A DNA stretch of 64,000 bases from Azolla caroliniana. Its lineage: Eukaryota; Plantae; Polypodiophyta. The notes under the pieces were generated by a model. That model worked only from the letters and a program-made list of their open reading frames with translations, was not told the origin of the DNA and made no database searches. The translations under genes were made by a program, and so were the position numbers. Below are positions 61,570-64,000 of this stretch, piece by piece; position 1 is the stretch's first letter, and each line of letters starts with the position of its first letter. The DNA lies in NCBI GenBank assembly GCA_043228905.1, contig JBHGNT010000008.1, forward strand, positions 8,618,001 through 8,682,000, given 5' to 3'.

Positions 61570-64000
61570 TGTTGGGATTACGGTCCCTTCGGATGGGATG
61601 GTCGGATATCGGAGATGAATACCGACCAGCCCAGTTTCGGTTTCGGAACCGGATGATGAAGACCCCGACTTCGGAGTCGGATGACGAATGTACCCGAAGA
61701 AGAGATCCGGATGCAGGGACATATCCGTGAATATGTTTGCTAAGGGCCCCCTGAGGCTATAGTTGTAAATAGCCCCAAAGTCATATATGTATAAATATGA
61801 CTTAGGGCAAACAGTTTTACTGTTGCTTCTCATTTTCTTGTTTTTCCACTCAAGAGGAGTGAAGAGAGAGCAGCCGTGAGAGAGAGAGAGAGAGAGATAG
61901 AGCGCGAGAGAGGAAGAGGTAGACGCCTCTCTGTATTTCCGCCGTCTGTGGCGAGGATAGCGAGCTCAAGGTCGTCGCCTTGTAGCTCGCCATTGTATAC
62001 TTCTCTGTATAGTGTTGGTTTGGAGTCTTGTACTCCCGTGGTTTTTCCCGTACAGGGTTTTCCACGTTAATCCCTGTGTGTTCGCGTTTTGTTTCTCTTT
62101 GTGGTTCCTATTTTCTGCTGCATTGATTCGCGCTTACTCGGTTGTGGCCGAGAGAAGAAGGAGAATCGAAGCGTCGATTCCTAACAAACTGGTATCAGAG
62201 CGGGTTGCTGCAGAAAATGGAAGGCGGCGGCAGCGGGCAGCCGGGGATGATGGTGCTGACTGCGCAGAATTACGCCGACTGGAAGATCAAGATGGAGGAT
62301 CTTCTGATTGTTCGGGACCTGTATGAACCGATTGACAGGTCAGAAATACCGAAGGGGGTACTTGAGTCGGAGTGGAAGCTCCTGAACCGGAAAGCCGTAG
62401 CGACGATCCGACAATATGTCGATGTAAGCGTCCTACAACATGTGGCGAACGACACCAACGCATATGAGATGTGGAAGAAGCTGTCGGGCCTCTATGAGAG
62501 GAAGAATGCATTGAACCGGACCTCCCTGATGAGGAAGATAGTGAATCTCAAGTACTGGGACGGCGAGAGTATGGTGGAACACGTAAGCACGTTCATGGGA
62601 TTCGTGAATCAGCTTGCGGCGATCAAGTTCCCGTTGGAGGATGCAATGCAAGCCATCATCCTGATGTGTACTTTGCCGGAGAGCTGGGAGAACTTGGTGG
62701 TGACTCTCAGCACCTCCTGTACCGAAGATAACTTGTCCTTACAAACGGTAAAGACAAGTATTTTGAACGAAGAAGCGCGTCGGAGAGATAAAGAACCGGC
62801 CTCCGACTCGAAGGCGCTGCTTACCGAATCGGATCGGGGAAGACAATGGAACCGGAGTCCGCAAAGACGGGAGAAGTCGGGGACCCGGTCGCAGTCAAGA
62901 GGAAGGCCCACATGCTTCCACTGTGGGAAGCCGGGGCACTTCCGAAAGAATTGTCGGCATTACCGAAAAGACAACGGAGCCGACGACACCGATTCGAAGA
63001 AGTCACCGGAGAGAAACGGTGCATACCGGGGAGCCACGGACCGGAGAGGTTCGGATCGGCGAGGACAGGACAGGAAAGGAATGACGGCACTCGCGGCAAG
63101 TGAGGAAGAAATCATGGTCATCACCGAAGAAGGTGAACTAAACATTGCCGGCGATGAGACGACCTGGGTGGTCGATTCCGGAGCATCATTCCACCTGACC
63201 CCGGAGAGAAGATACTTCTCATCCTACACAGCCGGTGAGCACGGCTGTGTTCGGATGGGAAACGAAGGTACGTGCCGGATTGCCGGCATAGGAGACGTGT
63301 GGTTGACAACCCCGACCGGATGCAAAATGCTGCTGAAGAATGTCCGACACGTTCCGGAGGTTCGATTGAACCTGATTTCGGCCGGGAGGCTAGACGATGA
63401 AGGCTACACAGGTAGCATCCGGAACGGCGTAATGAAGTTCAGCAAGGGGAGCCTGATAGTGGCTCGGGCCCGGAAAGACAACACACTGTACCTGATGAAT
63501 GCCCGGTTATGTCCGGAAGAGCTGAATGTGGCAGCCGACACTGCCAGTGAGCTGTGGCACAAAAGACTGTGTCACATGAGTGAGAAGGGGATGAAGAGGC
63601 TTGCAGAAGACAACCTTATTCCAGTGAAGCATGTGCACCTGGAGAAGTGCACCGATTGCCTGGCCGGTAAGCAGAACCGAACCTCCTTCCACTCAAGGCC
63701 ACCGACGAGACGTAGCGCACCATTGGAGTTGGTGCACACCGATGTGTGTCAAGTAGAAACGAAGTCACATGGCGGAGCCCTGTACTTCGTAACATTCATA
63801 GATGATCATAGCCGAAGACTGTGGACGGCACCGATGAAGACAAAGGACCAAGTGTTGTCCGTTTTCAAAGAACTCCACGCGAGAGTTGAAAGGGAATCCG
63901 GCAAGAAGCTGAAAGCGATACGAGCGGATAACGGAGGGGAATACCGGGGACAGTTCCAGGAGTACTGTCGCTCGAAGGGAATCCGGCTCGAGTTTACTGT
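61570..64000 (+). mobile_element. Copia A4 5' part (LTR 61570-62186, PBS 62190-62201), runs off the window
   Basis: TGTTGGGA...TCCTAACA; perfect TGGTATCAGAGC. Confidence 0.95.
62217..64000 (+). CDS. gag-pol: Apparently intact Copia gag-pol 5' part (absent from the ORF track, consistent with no stop before window end)
   Basis: ATG 62217: MEGGGSGQPGMMVLTAQNYADWKIKMEDLL...CFHCGKPGHFRKNC...WVVDSGASFH...LWHKRLCH...FIDDHSRR. Confidence 0.9.
   Translation, partial: MEGGGSGQPGMMVLTAQNYADWKIKMEDLLIVRDLYEPIDRSEIPKGVLESEWKLLNRKAVATIRQYVDVSVLQHVANDTNAYEMWKKLSGLYERKNALNRTSLMRKIVNLKYWDGESMVEHVSTFMGFVNQLAAIKFPLEDAMQAIILMCTLPESWENLVVTLSTSCTEDNLSLQTVKTSILNEEARRRDKEPASDSKALLTESDRGRQWNRSPQRREKSGTRSQSRGRPTCFHCGKPGHFRKNCRHYRKDNGADDTDSKKSPERNGAYRGATDRRGSDRRGQDRKGMTALAASEEEIMVITEEGELNIAGDETTWVVDSGASFHLTPERRYFSSYTAGEHGCVRMGNEGTCRIAGIGDVWLTTPTGCKMLLKNVRHVPEVRLNLISAGRLDDEGYTGSIRNGVMKFSKGSLIVARARKDNTLYLMNARLCPEELNVAADTASELWHKRLCHMSEKGMKRLAEDNLIPVKHVHLEKCTDCLAGKQNRTSFHSRPPTRRSAPLELVHTDVCQVETKSHGGALYFVTFIDDHSRRLWTAPMKTKDQVLSVFKELHARVERESGKKLKAIRADNGGEYRGQFQEYCRSKGIRLEFT

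Overview
The window contains no recognisable host gene, rRNA or intact tRNA gene. It is almost entirely nested plant LTR retrotransposons, up to five levels deep: Ty1/Copia copies (tRNA-iMet PBS where seen), two Tcn1-like chromoviruses and several non-chromovirus Ty3/Gypsy copies with a tRNA-Trp PBS. This mix suggests a non-seed plant (inference). Most copies are decayed by stops, frameshifts and deletions. The standout is a young 9.3-kb Ty3/Gypsy element (18195-27535, minus strand; 457-bp LTRs with 3 differences; TSD CTAAC). It has (i) no polypurine tract, but a tRNA-3'-half-like sequence ending in CCA 2 nt before the 3' LTR, mirroring its tRNA-Arg-type PBS, (ii) an intact 864-codon extra ORF after pol, and (iii) a Gag with three zinc knuckles and a Q/N-rich repeat domain. 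Other oddities: antisense tRNA-like B-box motifs in the U3 of four LTR families, a Copia family with a Pol extension between duplicated PPTs, and an apparent capsid swap between two Copia copies. Coordinates were read by eye; lineage names and tRNA matches are from memory, not searches.
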